Assembly: GCA_051546255.1 (NCBI GenBank)
Contig: CP128818.1
Span: 806,001-870,000 of the forward strand
Reading direction: 5' to 3'
Source: Meyerozyma guilliermondii
Lineage: Eukaryota
Length of the DNA: 64,000 bases
The notes beneath the pieces are model-generated. The model saw nothing but the letters and a program-made list of their open reading frames with translations. It searched no databases and was not told where the DNA came from. The translations under genes were made by a program, and so were the position numbers. Positions 43,507 through 52,894 of this stretch are shown here, in pieces. Position 1 is the first letter of the stretch. The number at the start of each line of letters is the position of its first letter.

Positions 43507-43950
43507 ATGGACCATTCTCCCCATGACAGCATGGATATGTGCTCAATGAACGTAGGTACTTTGATGTGATACAACATGGCAAATAATTAACCATAGATGC
43601 TTTTCACTTGGGATTGGCACAACTCATGTGTAGTGTTTAAATGGTGGCATGTTCGGTCTCCATTGAGCTTTATTTTCTCGCTCATAGCTATCGTTTTGGT
43701 TTCTATGGGATATGAGTGGTTAAAAACAATCGGCAAGGATAATACTGCTGCCATAAATGGACCTTTGCGTCCTGTTCCATCAAACAAATGGAAGCATTCA
43801 GTCTTGTATGGTATCCAAGTAGGCTATTCTTTCATGCTTATGCTTGTGTTTATGACATATAACGGCTGGTACATGTTGGCGGTGATTTTTGGAGCAATTA
43901 TAGGCCATCAAACGTGGGGCGGAGAGGGCCGAGGAATGGCGTGCCATTGA
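43507..43950 (+). CDS. CTR2: Ctr-family copper transporter (2 exons: 43507-43551, 43597-43950)
   Basis: Splicing gives MDHSPHDSMDMCSMNMLFTWDW; MLVFM (MxxxM) motif, TYNGW, C-terminal ACH. Confidence 0.9.
43552..43596 (+). other. 45-nt spliceosomal intron of CTR2
   Basis: 5' GTAGGT, weak branch AATTAAC, 3' TAG; contains an in-frame TGA; removal restores the conserved CSMNMLFTW. Confidence 0.85.
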
Positions 43951-44133
43951 GAAATGGGTTTAGAAGAGAAATTTTCTAAATTCTCGAATTGTAACTGAAT
44001 GGGATGACAATTGAATCACTTGTAAATCTAACATTATCTTCAATCGATATCACTGGTTGCAATTACTGTGCACATTATTGCACATTTTGTTCTCAGCTTA
44101 TATCTTTTAATTTGCTCACTTTTGCCAGCAGGT

Positions 44134-44252
44134 GCTCTAGTGGCGCAGAGGTTAGCGCTTCGTGCTTATAGCCGTATGACGACAATGGTTATACCAAAGT
44201 CACGGTCGTGTGAGGAACGCGACGGTCGTGGGTTCAAACCCCTCCTAGAGCA
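44134..44252 (+). tRNA. tRNA-Ile(UAU) with 46-nt intron (44171-44216)
   Basis: Acceptor GCTCTAG/CTAGAGC, A-box TGGCGCAGAGG, anticodon arm TCGTG-CT-TAT-A..A-CGCGA, T arm GGTTCAAAC, discriminator A. Confidence 0.96.
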
Positions 44253-44259
44253 TTTGTCC

Positions 44260-44269
44260 TTTTTTTTTT
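44260..44269 (+). terminator. Pol III poly-T terminator of tRNA-Ile
   Basis: T run starting 8 nt after the tRNA 3' end. Confidence 0.85.
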
Positions 44270-44584
44270 CAACAATTGATTTGTCTTTGGTATAGATCGA
44301 AAGTTATTTGTGGTTATCTCTTTGTCCATCGCTCTTTGTGGGCGCGGGTTCGGTTCGCGCTGCGACCTAATGAGCACACCAAAAAATGAATCGGTAACAA
44401 ATATTAATTTACTAGAATTTCTCAATTTTTCGTTTCTGCTTTCGTGCAATTGACCTCACATTGGCTTCTTATACCTCGTAGTATCGTCAACTCTCTTCTT
44501 TTTTGGTGCTACTTCTACACTCGTCTCCTTACTATATGCACACCATCTCATCGCTCGAAATTTCCAACTCTTGACTATTTCGAT

Positions 44585-45826
44585 ATGGCTGAAAAAATCC
44601 GGTACTATCTCGAGCAGAGTGTTCCCGAGCTCGAGGACTTGCAAAGAAAGAAACTCTTTGCCAAGAATGAGATCACCATGATCATGAGACGCAGAACTGA
44701 CTTCGAACACCGAATTCAGGGCCGAGGCACCAAGCCCAGAGACTTCTTAAAGTACGCTGAATTCGAAACCAACTTGGAAAAGTTGCGGAAAAAGAGATTT
44801 TCTCGACTCAGCAAGTCAGGATCTATAGACACAAAGCCCAGTATTTCGGACTGGGCCGGAATTCGTAGGGTTCTTTTCATCTATGAACGAGCTACTAGAA
44901 AGTTTCCTAGAGACATGGACGTTTGGAGTCGCTATCTAAAAAGCGCCAAGCTGAACGGAGCAATCAAGGTGGTTTACAAGGTGTATTCTCGTCTTCTACA
45001 ATTGCAGCCTCGTAATGTTGATGCGTGGTTGTCTGCTGCCAAATACGAATTCGAAACCAATGCCAATGCTAAAGGTGCCCGGAGTTTATTTCAAAGAGGT
45101 CTTCGTTTGAACCCAGATGCATTCGAGTTGTGGTACCTGTACACCCAGTTTGAGCTCACATATATATCACGGTTGTTGGCAAGACGGAAGGTGTTGGGGT
45201 TGATCACCGAGAAGCTGCAAAAGGAAGAAATGGACAAGGAAGAAACTAAGTTAAAGCAAGCTTTGAACGCTGACGAGGACGGAGACGATGTTATCCAGCT
45301 CCCAGAAGCAGATATGAAGGAGCTGCTCAACCTGCTTCCGGAAGCAGATATCAATATGTTGGGAAACCCAGAAACCAACCCAGCACTCAGAGGAGATGTA
45401 GCATTGACGGTGTTTGATTTGGCCGTTGAATCCCAACGTGGAGAACACTTGAGTGAGGACAAGAGAAGAGAAAAGACCATGTTTGCAGTTGAGAAATATT
45501 TGCAACTTTTCGACCAATTCTCCGACCTCAATCGTGATTACCTCTATTCGCATGTCATACAGTATCTCCAACAAAAGTACCCCGATGACCTTCAAACCAT
45601 GTTCATCGACATCACGTTGCCCTTGCGGACCACTGAGCCCACCGCCAGCGATTTTGCAGAATCGCTTCAGCTTTCTGTCAACAAGTTTTTAGCTTACAAG
45701 TCTCGCGGAAACACCTCCCTCACAAAAAAGTACGTCGACCACTTGAACGACCGTTTCATGAACCCCCAGCATCCCGCACACCTCCAGTCGTTGCTCAGTG
45801 CCATTATTGCAAAGTGTAGTACCTAG
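44585..45826 (+). CDS. UTP6: SSU processome subunit Utp6
   Basis: MAEKIRYYLEQSVPELEDL..RRTDFEHRI, HAT repeats; PAC motif CTCATCGC at about 44547; start at ATG 44585. Confidence 0.96.
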   Translation: MAEKIRYYLEQSVPELEDLQRKKLFAKNEITMIMRRRTDFEHRIQGRGTKPRDFLKYAEFETNLEKLRKKRFSRLSKSGSIDTKPSISDWAGIRRVLFIYERATRKFPRDMDVWSRYLKSAKLNGAIKVVYKVYSRLLQLQPRNVDAWLSAAKYEFETNANAKGARSLFQRGLRLNPDAFELWYLYTQFELTYISRLLARRKVLGLITEKLQKEEMDKEETKLKQALNADEDGDDVIQLPEADMKELLNLLPEADINMLGNPETNPALRGDVALTVFDLAVESQRGEHLSEDKRREKTMFAVEKYLQLFDQFSDLNRDYLYSHVIQYLQQKYPDDLQTMFIDITLPLRTTEPTASDFAESLQLSVNKFLAYKSRGNTSLTKKYVDHLNDRFMNPQHPAHLQSLLSAIIAKCST

Positions 45827-45834
45827 TGTATATA

Positions 45835-46650
45835 TTAATCGTTTTTTGTATCCACCATCAACTCAGGGTCCCGGAGTCGATTTGCCCTTCTGAACCTATA
45901 ACCGATGGCCACGAGCACCATGGTTGTGACCGCCACGGCAATTGCAAGGTCAGTATACAATGTAGCTTTGGTCACCATCGAGGGAAGCTTGTAAAAACCA
46001 TTGGCAAATGGCAATTGATCCTGGTACGATTCTTCAGCAATTGGAGCCAAATTTTTGAGCCATCTCACCGCTAAATTCAACGTAACATGGTTTCCTATAG
46101 TCACTCTCTGGGTATCGGTTCCAGAAGACCATGCTACTCCACTCACGAAAGTTTTAAGCTCGTTTCTGCCAGATGGAACCGTGATAACCACGTTGAGAGA
46201 AGTGTCAAGATCCACATGAGAGTCGTGGGTCTCTCCACGGAAGTTGAAGGTAAGCGGGACATAAGCACCTCCCTTTTCCAAGTAATTTGCCTCGCTACTC
46301 ATGGGCAAACGACAGCTGAAAGGAGCATCTTCATGGACATAGAGTTGGAATAAGTGGAATAATTCATCGGAAAACCCAACTGTGCACTTGATATCCTCAT
46401 CCAACCCATAGTGGAGACTGAGGGGCTTGTCAGTTTCCTTACATTTGGGAAAAGGAACCGTTATAATTCGATTTTGATCATCAAATTTGTGCTCACCGTT
46501 ATCAATATTTCTAGCAATACATTGCAAATACACATCCTGACCATTTTCAAAAGGTTGTATCTTGACCGGGATCTCTTCTTTGGTCGTCAATGGAAACCAT
46601 TGGCAATTGGAAAGGGGAAGAAGGGCTAATAGTAGAAAAGTGCACTTCAT
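45835..46650 (-). CDS. Uncharacterised type I membrane protein
   Basis: Signal peptide, Cys-containing luminal domain, one C-terminal TM segment, short basic tail ending TKND. Confidence 0.85.
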   Translation of the reverse strand: MKCTFLLLALLPLSNCQWFPLTTKEEIPVKIQPFENGQDVYLQCIARNIDNGEHKFDDQNRIITVPFPKCKETDKPLSLHYGLDEDIKCTVGFSDELFHLFQLYVHEDAPFSCRLPMSSEANYLEKGGAYVPLTFNFRGETHDSHVDLDTSLNVVITVPSGRNELKTFVSGVAWSSGTDTQRVTIGNHVTLNLAVRWLKNLAPIAEESYQDQLPFANGFYKLPSMVTKATLYTDLAIAVAVTTMVLVAIGYRFRRANRLRDPELMVDTKND

Positions 46651-46871
46651 GACGAGTTGATCCGTGTCGCGTTGAATTTAGTGAAGGAGTGTATAGAGAG
46701 CGAGAGCACACTGTGAACAATGAAGAAAGAAGAATGAAAGAATGTACATCTAACGAATGTATGTGTAGCCTAGTACAATATGTATGAAAAGTCTTTTGTT
46801 TGGCATTGGTTTGGTCTTGTTTCTTGTATCATTTGCTTTTCTTGTTTGCTTCTCTTGTCGATTGCTCTTCT

Positions 46872-48218
46872 TCAACCCTGACTACACCATCCCATTTGAA
46901 CAAAGAATTCGTAAATTTTGCTGGCCTTGTTGACATCGATTTTGAGCGCCTGGCGAGCATCCTTTTTCTTCAACACTCCGTTGTTCTTGATGGCCTCCTT
47001 CATCAATTGATTTTTTATGGCAAAGTAGGGTTTGGGAAGAATGCGAAGTGTAGCACATAACTGCTTCTCTTCATTGGAAAGAAGCTCAAAGTCAGCAGCA
47101 TGAGATATATCCAAAGGTGCCCTAGCATTACCCATCTTGGGTTTGTATTCAGCTTGGGGCGAGCTCAAGGATGAATACGACTTGCGAACTCCAGGTCCTG
47201 GGGTCGACGACAGACTCATGCTGGGATTATAGTGACGACCATTATATCCAGCTCCGTTGCCCATGCGCAGATAATGAGCAGCACGGATCAACTTGTCCTT
47301 CTCAAACTTGTTACCGTCTTCAATGGTGGTTATACCATTTCGACGCCAAGTTTGAAGTTGCTGAATCCGTATTCGACACTTGAGTTCTGTGAGTATATCC
47401 TCGGAAAACGTCTCGAAATCTTCAGGAGTGAGCACCCGTATAAATGCGTTGATTCGTTTTTGAAGTTCTTTCTCCTCCTTCGATTTACGTTTGTCGGCAC
47501 TGATATTTTTACGGTAATCCAACAAATTATTGAGAAGCATTGCTCTTTTTCTCTCGGCACGAATGGTCAACCTCGAGTTGTAAATGTCCAAAATCGTGAG
47601 CTTGAGCTCCACATCTCCCGCCAGATCGTCGGAATCGAATATAAGATCCTTGACGCAGATTTCGGCGTCGTTTTCGGCTTCATGATCAAACTCCAACCGG
47701 CCCGGCATATAGCCCTGAATCTCGTGACATAATGGTACGGAAGAAGCAGTCTTTGGTTTGGGAGGAGGTAACGGCTGCGACCGACGCTCCTCGAGTCGCT
47801 TCTTGCGCTGCTCAAGAAACTGGGCCGGCAGAATGTTGCTGAAATCCTTGGAGAGATCAGGAAGCGGGTAGTCACGTGACTCGAGGTATATCTTATTGTA
47901 GTGATCCTCCACTTCTTCTCGCGATCTGTTGCCGATATGGTCTGCTATGTCCTGCCAGTTGCCCAAACCGAACGTCTCGCAGCCCTGGATAAGTAAGAGC
48001 TCTTCGTCAGCTCCCCAATCTTTGACAAAAATGGGGTATGTATTTTGTTCAATAACACAATAATCGTGCCAAGGTTTGTGGTCTCCAGTAGCCGAGCCGG
48101 ATGCGAAGCAAGGCACACAGAGGTCGTAATCTGAACAGATGACACATTTTATTCGGATACGATTTGTGCAATCTGCAGAGCAGGAGTCACAGTGGTAGAG
48201 TCGCACTTTTGAAGACAT
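46872..48218 (-). CDS. ADA2: SAGA subunit Ada2
   Basis: ZZ finger, SANT domain (WGADEELLL..GLGNWQDIADHIG), C-terminal SWIRM domain. Confidence 0.98.
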   Translation of the reverse strand: MSSKVRLYHCDSCSADCTNRIRIKCVICSDYDLCVPCFASGSATGDHKPWHDYCVIEQNTYPIFVKDWGADEELLLIQGCETFGLGNWQDIADHIGNRSREEVEDHYNKIYLESRDYPLPDLSKDFSNILPAQFLEQRKKRLEERRSQPLPPPKPKTASSVPLCHEIQGYMPGRLEFDHEAENDAEICVKDLIFDSDDLAGDVELKLTILDIYNSRLTIRAERKRAMLLNNLLDYRKNISADKRKSKEEKELQKRINAFIRVLTPEDFETFSEDILTELKCRIRIQQLQTWRRNGITTIEDGNKFEKDKLIRAAHYLRMGNGAGYNGRHYNPSMSLSSTPGPGVRKSYSSLSSPQAEYKPKMGNARAPLDISHAADFELLSNEEKQLCATLRILPKPYFAIKNQLMKEAIKNNGVLKKKDARQALKIDVNKASKIYEFFVQMGWCSQG

Positions 48219-48572
48219 TCTATTTTTGTTTGGGATGAATCAGTGGCGATTGTGGGTTTCAGTGTGTGAATATGAAGGAATTTGCAAGAGTTTTGATGAA
48301 AAAAGGATAAAAATGGGATGAAATGTGGAATAGTTTAGGATGGAGCGAAGGTGAGTGTATTCAGTGCGCGGTGGTTTAGTTCCTGGTGTGAGGATGCAAG
48401 GTGTGTGGATGCGATGGCGAGGAAACTGGTGTGTTGGTGAATAAGATTGTGTTGTGCGATTTGTGCCGTGCAGGAGATTTTTTCTCGCAGTCACAGCTCA
48501 CGTGTGAGCAGCCCGCACTTTTCAAAAAATTCGAATAAAAAACTTTCCACTGAATCCTTACTTTACAACAAA

Positions 48573-49045
48573 ATGGTATGTACCCTGAAATGATGGGATT
48601 TCTATGTCGATTTGTAACCAGAAACTAACATCAGGGTCGCGTTAGAACTAAAACCGTCAAGAGAGCATCCAAAGTGATGATTGAGCGTTTCTACCCAAAG
48701 TTGACTTTGGACTTTGAAACCAACAAAAGATTGACCAGTGAACTTGCCATCATCCAATCCAAGAGATTAAGAAATAAGATTGCCGGATACACCACCCACT
48801 TGATGAAGCGTATTCAACAAGGTCCAGTTAGAGGTATTTCTTTCAAGTTGCAAGAAGAGGAGAGAGAAAGAAAAGATCAATACGTCCCAGAAGTGTCTGC
48901 TTTGGACCTTTCCCACACCAACGGACAATTGGAACTCGACTCCGAGTCTGCTGACTTGGTTAAGACTTTGGGCTTCAAGATTCCTGTCCAAACCGTTGCC
49001 ATCTCTTCGCAAAGAAGTGCCAGACGTTTCGTCAAGAGAAACTAA
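48573..49045 (+). CDS. RPS17: 40S ribosomal protein eS17 (exons 48573-48575, 48635-49045)
   Basis: ATG|GTATGT..AACTAAC..CAG|GGT CGC GTT AGA gives [36 protein letters not shown] (Cbf1-type) at 48498-48504. Confidence 0.97.
48576..48634 (+). other. 59-nt intron of RPS17, immediately after the ATG
   Basis: Canonical GTATGT donor, AACTAAC branch, CAG acceptor. Confidence 0.93.
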
Positions 49046-49146
49046 GGTATGTACTTAATAAACCGCTCAGTAACGAATGTAGAAAAGAAGAAAAAGTGAA
49101 AAGATTAAAAAGAAGCTGGAAGAAGTAGCTTGAAATGAGTGTATTA

Positions 49147-50517
49147 CTAGGATATCGATGCAATCGAGGCTGTAGCAGACTTGTCATCGTCCAACAATGC
49201 GCTTGCATCAAAGTATAACGAAGGGTCCAAGCTTGAAATCTTGGCCGATTTGGCCTCACCGTCGAGTAATATCTCACTCATGATTTTTCCTGAACCTGGT
49301 GCATTATTGATGCCCCAGCAAGAATGTCCCGAACAGAGAAACAAATTCTTGACATTAGTTGGACCAATAAGTGGTCCACTGCTTGATGGTATATCAAGTA
49401 CTGGCAAGTAACATGCTTGACGTTTCAAGATGGTGCCCTTTCGCAAGTTTGAAGACATTTTTGCAACTTGCACATAAAGTTCATCACACTTGGATTTGAC
49501 CACTTCCACATCATCTGTGGTTTCCGGAACATCTACAGCCGAGTCTCCTTCTCCACACACATACACCTCATCCTTACGGGCATAAATCTCTGGTGAAGTG
49601 TACAGGGAAGGACCGGTTTTCAATTCAGTGAAAATGGCATATGGTGATACCGGTTGGTCTTTGAATGGACTTATGGTGATGGAATGAGCCCTTAAACCGG
49701 AAATCGGACAATCTGGTAGAACCTTAGAAGTCCATGGACCAATGCACATTGTGATCAGATCGGCTTCAAGCTCAACAACTTTATTAGAAAACGATTCGTT
49801 TGCCTTGGCACTAGTAGGTTTATAGGTGACTCCGGTAGCAGCCCCGGAATCCAACGAAAACTGGATTTCGTCCACCTTACCGAGTATTAGTTCCAACGCT
49901 CCATTGGCATCTTCTACAGCCTTTCGCAAGATAAAATTGGTGAATTGGTAGGGATGTACTTGCGCCGTAGTATCTGTTCCGCCAAGAGACGAGCATGACG
50001 ATATTAACGACGAGGTGATCCAATTGAGGTCCAGAGGGAGATTGTTCGACTTGGAGCTCCTGGTGCTCCGCGAAGTCTTCTTGGGAGGTTTCAGCAGGTC
50101 GGAATCGCTGTGATTTGTAGGGTTGATAAATGAGTCGGAATCGGAATCTGACCCTGGGTCATTTTTTATGTGTGAGATATCGCCCTCTAAAGAAACTGTG
50201 GTCAAACGTCGGTACCCCCACTCTTCACTTCCATTGTATTTGTTGCTTAAGTCTTCGTGGAGACGAAACGAAAGTGGCACGATTTGCTGGGGAAATGCCC
50301 AAAGTGCCAAAAGACCTCCGGCCTTTCCAGAAGCTCCTCCAGCCACTCTTTTGCTCTCGATCATGGTTATATGGTACTTTTCCGAGTCGAATTTGGGATG
50401 GTGAACAATATAGTAGGCGGTGCAAACGCCGATGATTCCGGCTCCTACGATAACGATGTGCTTTTTTCCCACATGTCTTCCCGATGGAGTAGTATTAAAG
50501 CGAAGCGAGTCTGGCAT
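49147..50517 (-). CDS. TDA3: FAD-dependent oxidoreductase Tda3/Btn3
   Basis: IVGAGIIG, GGASGKAGGLLA, TAQVHPY, SGHSCWGINNAPGSG; first ATG at 50517. Confidence 0.9.
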   Translation of the reverse strand: MPDSLRFNTTPSGRHVGKKHIVIVGAGIIGVCTAYYIVHHPKFDSEKYHITMIESKRVAGGASGKAGGLLALWAFPQQIVPLSFRLHEDLSNKYNGSEEWGYRRLTTVSLEGDISHIKNDPGSDSDSDSFINPTNHSDSDLLKPPKKTSRSTRSSKSNNLPLDLNWITSSLISSCSSLGGTDTTAQVHPYQFTNFILRKAVEDANGALELILGKVDEIQFSLDSGAATGVTYKPTSAKANESFSNKVVELEADLITMCIGPWTSKVLPDCPISGLRAHSITISPFKDQPVSPYAIFTELKTGPSLYTSPEIYARKDEVYVCGEGDSAVDVPETTDDVEVVKSKCDELYVQVAKMSSNLRKGTILKRQACYLPVLDIPSSSGPLIGPTNVKNLFLCSGHSCWGINNAPGSGKIMSEILLDGEAKSAKISSLDPSLYFDASALLDDDKSATASIASIS

Positions 50518-50875
50518 GGAAGAAAGTGGAAAGTGGAAAAGTGGAATAAGTTGGAAAAATTGGACTAAGAAATTAGTCCTGAATAAAAGTTGAATAAGTT
50601 GTGCAGAGCAATGCAATAAATATATCTGTCAGATTTAATTCAACTTTGTATGCACCTTAGTAATTCTGATTCCAATGTTCGATGCTAGTATTGACCAAAA
50701 CTCACCTGCCGCCAATTATACTCCACACTGTCACTTAATATACAATTTCTCCGGACTATAACTCGGAAGCAAGAGGGGAAAACTCTAGTTACGAATCAGG
50801 TGATTCTTGCTTATGTAACCAGGGCCCAAACAGCCGAGTTCGCAGCCTCCGAAGGGATAACGGCGAAGCATTGGT

Positions 50876-51237
50876 TGTTAGGACGAAGAAGATGAAATAT
50901 AATTGGGTTTACGGTAAGTAGAGTTTATACTGTCTATATAATGGTTGACAGATACAGTGCTGAAAGTTTACAAAAAATTTCCAGCTTTGTGGCCTGACTT
51001 TGTCCTGCAAGTCTTGCTGCGTCGGTGAAGCGCGGCTGAGATTCCGGTGCTCCGCGTCGGAAACTATGCAAATTAGCCCATCTGCTGCTGAGTAATACGC
51101 AGCGATAACAGCGAGCGCGAGTGAAGCCAGCGCGGTGAAGCGAAGCGAAGCGCGCAGCGTTGAAAATGATGAATTACTGAAACAAACAGGAATTGATTTG
51201 ATAGAGTTGTCTAATATAGTTTTGCTTGTTGTTGTCA
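50876..51237 (-). mobile_element. Putative retrotransposon LTR (362 bp)
   Basis: Minus strand reads TGACAACAAC...CCTAACA, with TATATAG and TATAAA near its 3' end, an adjacent upstream purine-rich tract and a GC-rich core unlike the flanks. No matching target-site duplication (TTGGT vs CCTTT). Confidence 0.5.
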
Positions 51238-51787
51238 CCTTTAATCTCTCCTTAATCTCTTAAAAATTTTGATTTTGTCAAATGGACAGTGGGTGCAAAT
51301 TGAAGGTCGCAGAGTACCTTCAGCTTGAACCTTAGACGGCACCCTAGAATGCTAAAAATTCATGATTTCTCAAATCGAATCACGGCTCCGTTACTCTGGC
51401 TTTCATCTTCAATACTTAATAAGCTCTTTAATCCTTTAACGTAATCCTTCTCACCTCGATCGCTAAAGCACTTGGTGGCTATTCAGCGATAAGAAGGCGC
51501 AAAGAGGCGCAATAAATCTTATACCCATTTCTGGACATCCGTATCACAATATTTCTGAAAGATCCAAAAAACGAGCTTTCAAAAATATGATCGATTGCCG
51601 TAGACCGTCTAGGTAATGTCATTCTTGGTATAAAACCTTTGATACTTCAAGTGAATATTGCTTTAATCAACCTCTCCACCGTAAAAATGAAAAGTAATGA
51701 CAATTTATGGACGAACTCTCAACATGAACTTTATGGGTGAGTCTCATCATGTTTATGATCAATCCTCCTTATGAGTTCTTTATGCGT

Positions 51788-52714
51788 TTATGCGTTCTTT
51801 ATCTTTTTCTCCCGAACCCTGTTCATCACCGTCATATACACATTCTGCATGAAAATGGCGGTGGCTGTAACCACAACCGTGGCTATCAACTTTTCGTTGT
51901 TCTCCCATGTTTTGCGACTGAATAAATGTACCTCGTTTTTCTTTCTGTTTTCAACGTATTTATGCATAGCATTGACTCCTCGATGGCTATTCATTGGTGG
52001 TCGATGGAACCGATCGTTTCGTTCCACTTCGTCCTTTCTCAGTGGATCGTTGGTGATCGAGTCAAATACATTGAACCTTTTAGGGCTGTGTTCAATGGCA
52101 GCTCGAGGTAATGGATGATAGTCTTGTGTGGTGGTTGCTGTGAAAATTATGGTGTAGTGAGGAGAAGGAAGCTTGCGGAGGATCTGTCTTATCAATAAAT
52201 CATGTTTTCTCATTTCGTCTCTTCTCTCATCCAAGTTTTCCGGAAGTTCACTCAACTCAATTCTGATCACTCGAGTCTTCGAATCGATGTAGTTTACTTC
52301 ACGCTCATCCTCATGGTCCACACTAATCGTCTCTGCTTTACACGTTTTCAAAATATACTTTTCCAAATAATCCAAATCAATTGGTTCTTCGACCCATGGA
52401 AGTCCAACCACCGTACTCGATAACGTCAAATACTTGTAGAAATGAGGCCAGTGTTCTTTCTCAATATCAGTGATATCGTTGAGACGGAGCCCAGGCTGAT
52501 TTATGATCAAATACTCGTCAGAACTACACTGAGTGACCAACTTTTTTATCATATTCGTGGCCTCATCAACCTTGTATGGTTTGAGATTGTTACCTGAAAG
52601 TTCATCTTTGAGCCCCTTGACCAACTTGTGTGATGCGACAACCAAGGGCACCGCGTCGAAGCAAAAGCAGGAACTGAAAATTGCTAATAGTGCTAAAATA
52701 CCACTAACCTTCAT
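51788..52714 (-). CDS. BIG1: ER membrane protein Big1 (beta-1,6-glucan synthesis)
   Basis: Signal peptide, CSSDEYLIINQPGL, HDLLIRQILRKLPSPHYTIIF, C-terminal TM segment and basic KKIKNA tail. Confidence 0.8.
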   Translation of the reverse strand: MKVSGILALLAIFSSCFCFDAVPLVVASHKLVKGLKDELSGNNLKPYKVDEATNMIKKLVTQCSSDEYLIINQPGLRLNDITDIEKEHWPHFYKYLTLSSTVVGLPWVEEPIDLDYLEKYILKTCKAETISVDHEDEREVNYIDSKTRVIRIELSELPENLDERRDEMRKHDLLIRQILRKLPSPHYTIIFTATTTQDYHPLPRAAIEHSPKRFNVFDSITNDPLRKDEVERNDRFHRPPMNSHRGVNAMHKYVENRKKNEVHLFSRKTWENNEKLIATVVVTATAIFMQNVYMTVMNRVREKKIKNA

Positions 52715-52894
52715 CGCTGCAACTTGATTTCGAGTATGTCGCTTATAAAAATCTGATTATGTAATCGTCTTTCTGGAGTTGCAAATCGGTTGCGAATGGT
52801 TGCGGATTGGTTGCAAAATGGGTGCAAATATTCAAAATGTTTTGAATCTGTTTCAGGTACATTATATATGTTTCCGGTACCAGCAAGCTTTGCG

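Noticed and set aside
44111..44118. Mac1-type TTTGCTCA site near CTR2
   Set aside because: Single copy located downstream of CTR2, in the tRNA 5' flank; likely chance.
51166..51180. ATGATGA..CTGA as a box C/D snoRNA
   Set aside because: The boxes are only 4 nt apart, there is no suitably placed downstream D box or rRNA guide, and it lies within the putative LTR.
50909..51238. 109-aa ORF on the minus strand
   Set aside because: Non-ATG start, coincides with the putative LTR, and its low-complexity sequence derives from GAAGC repeats.
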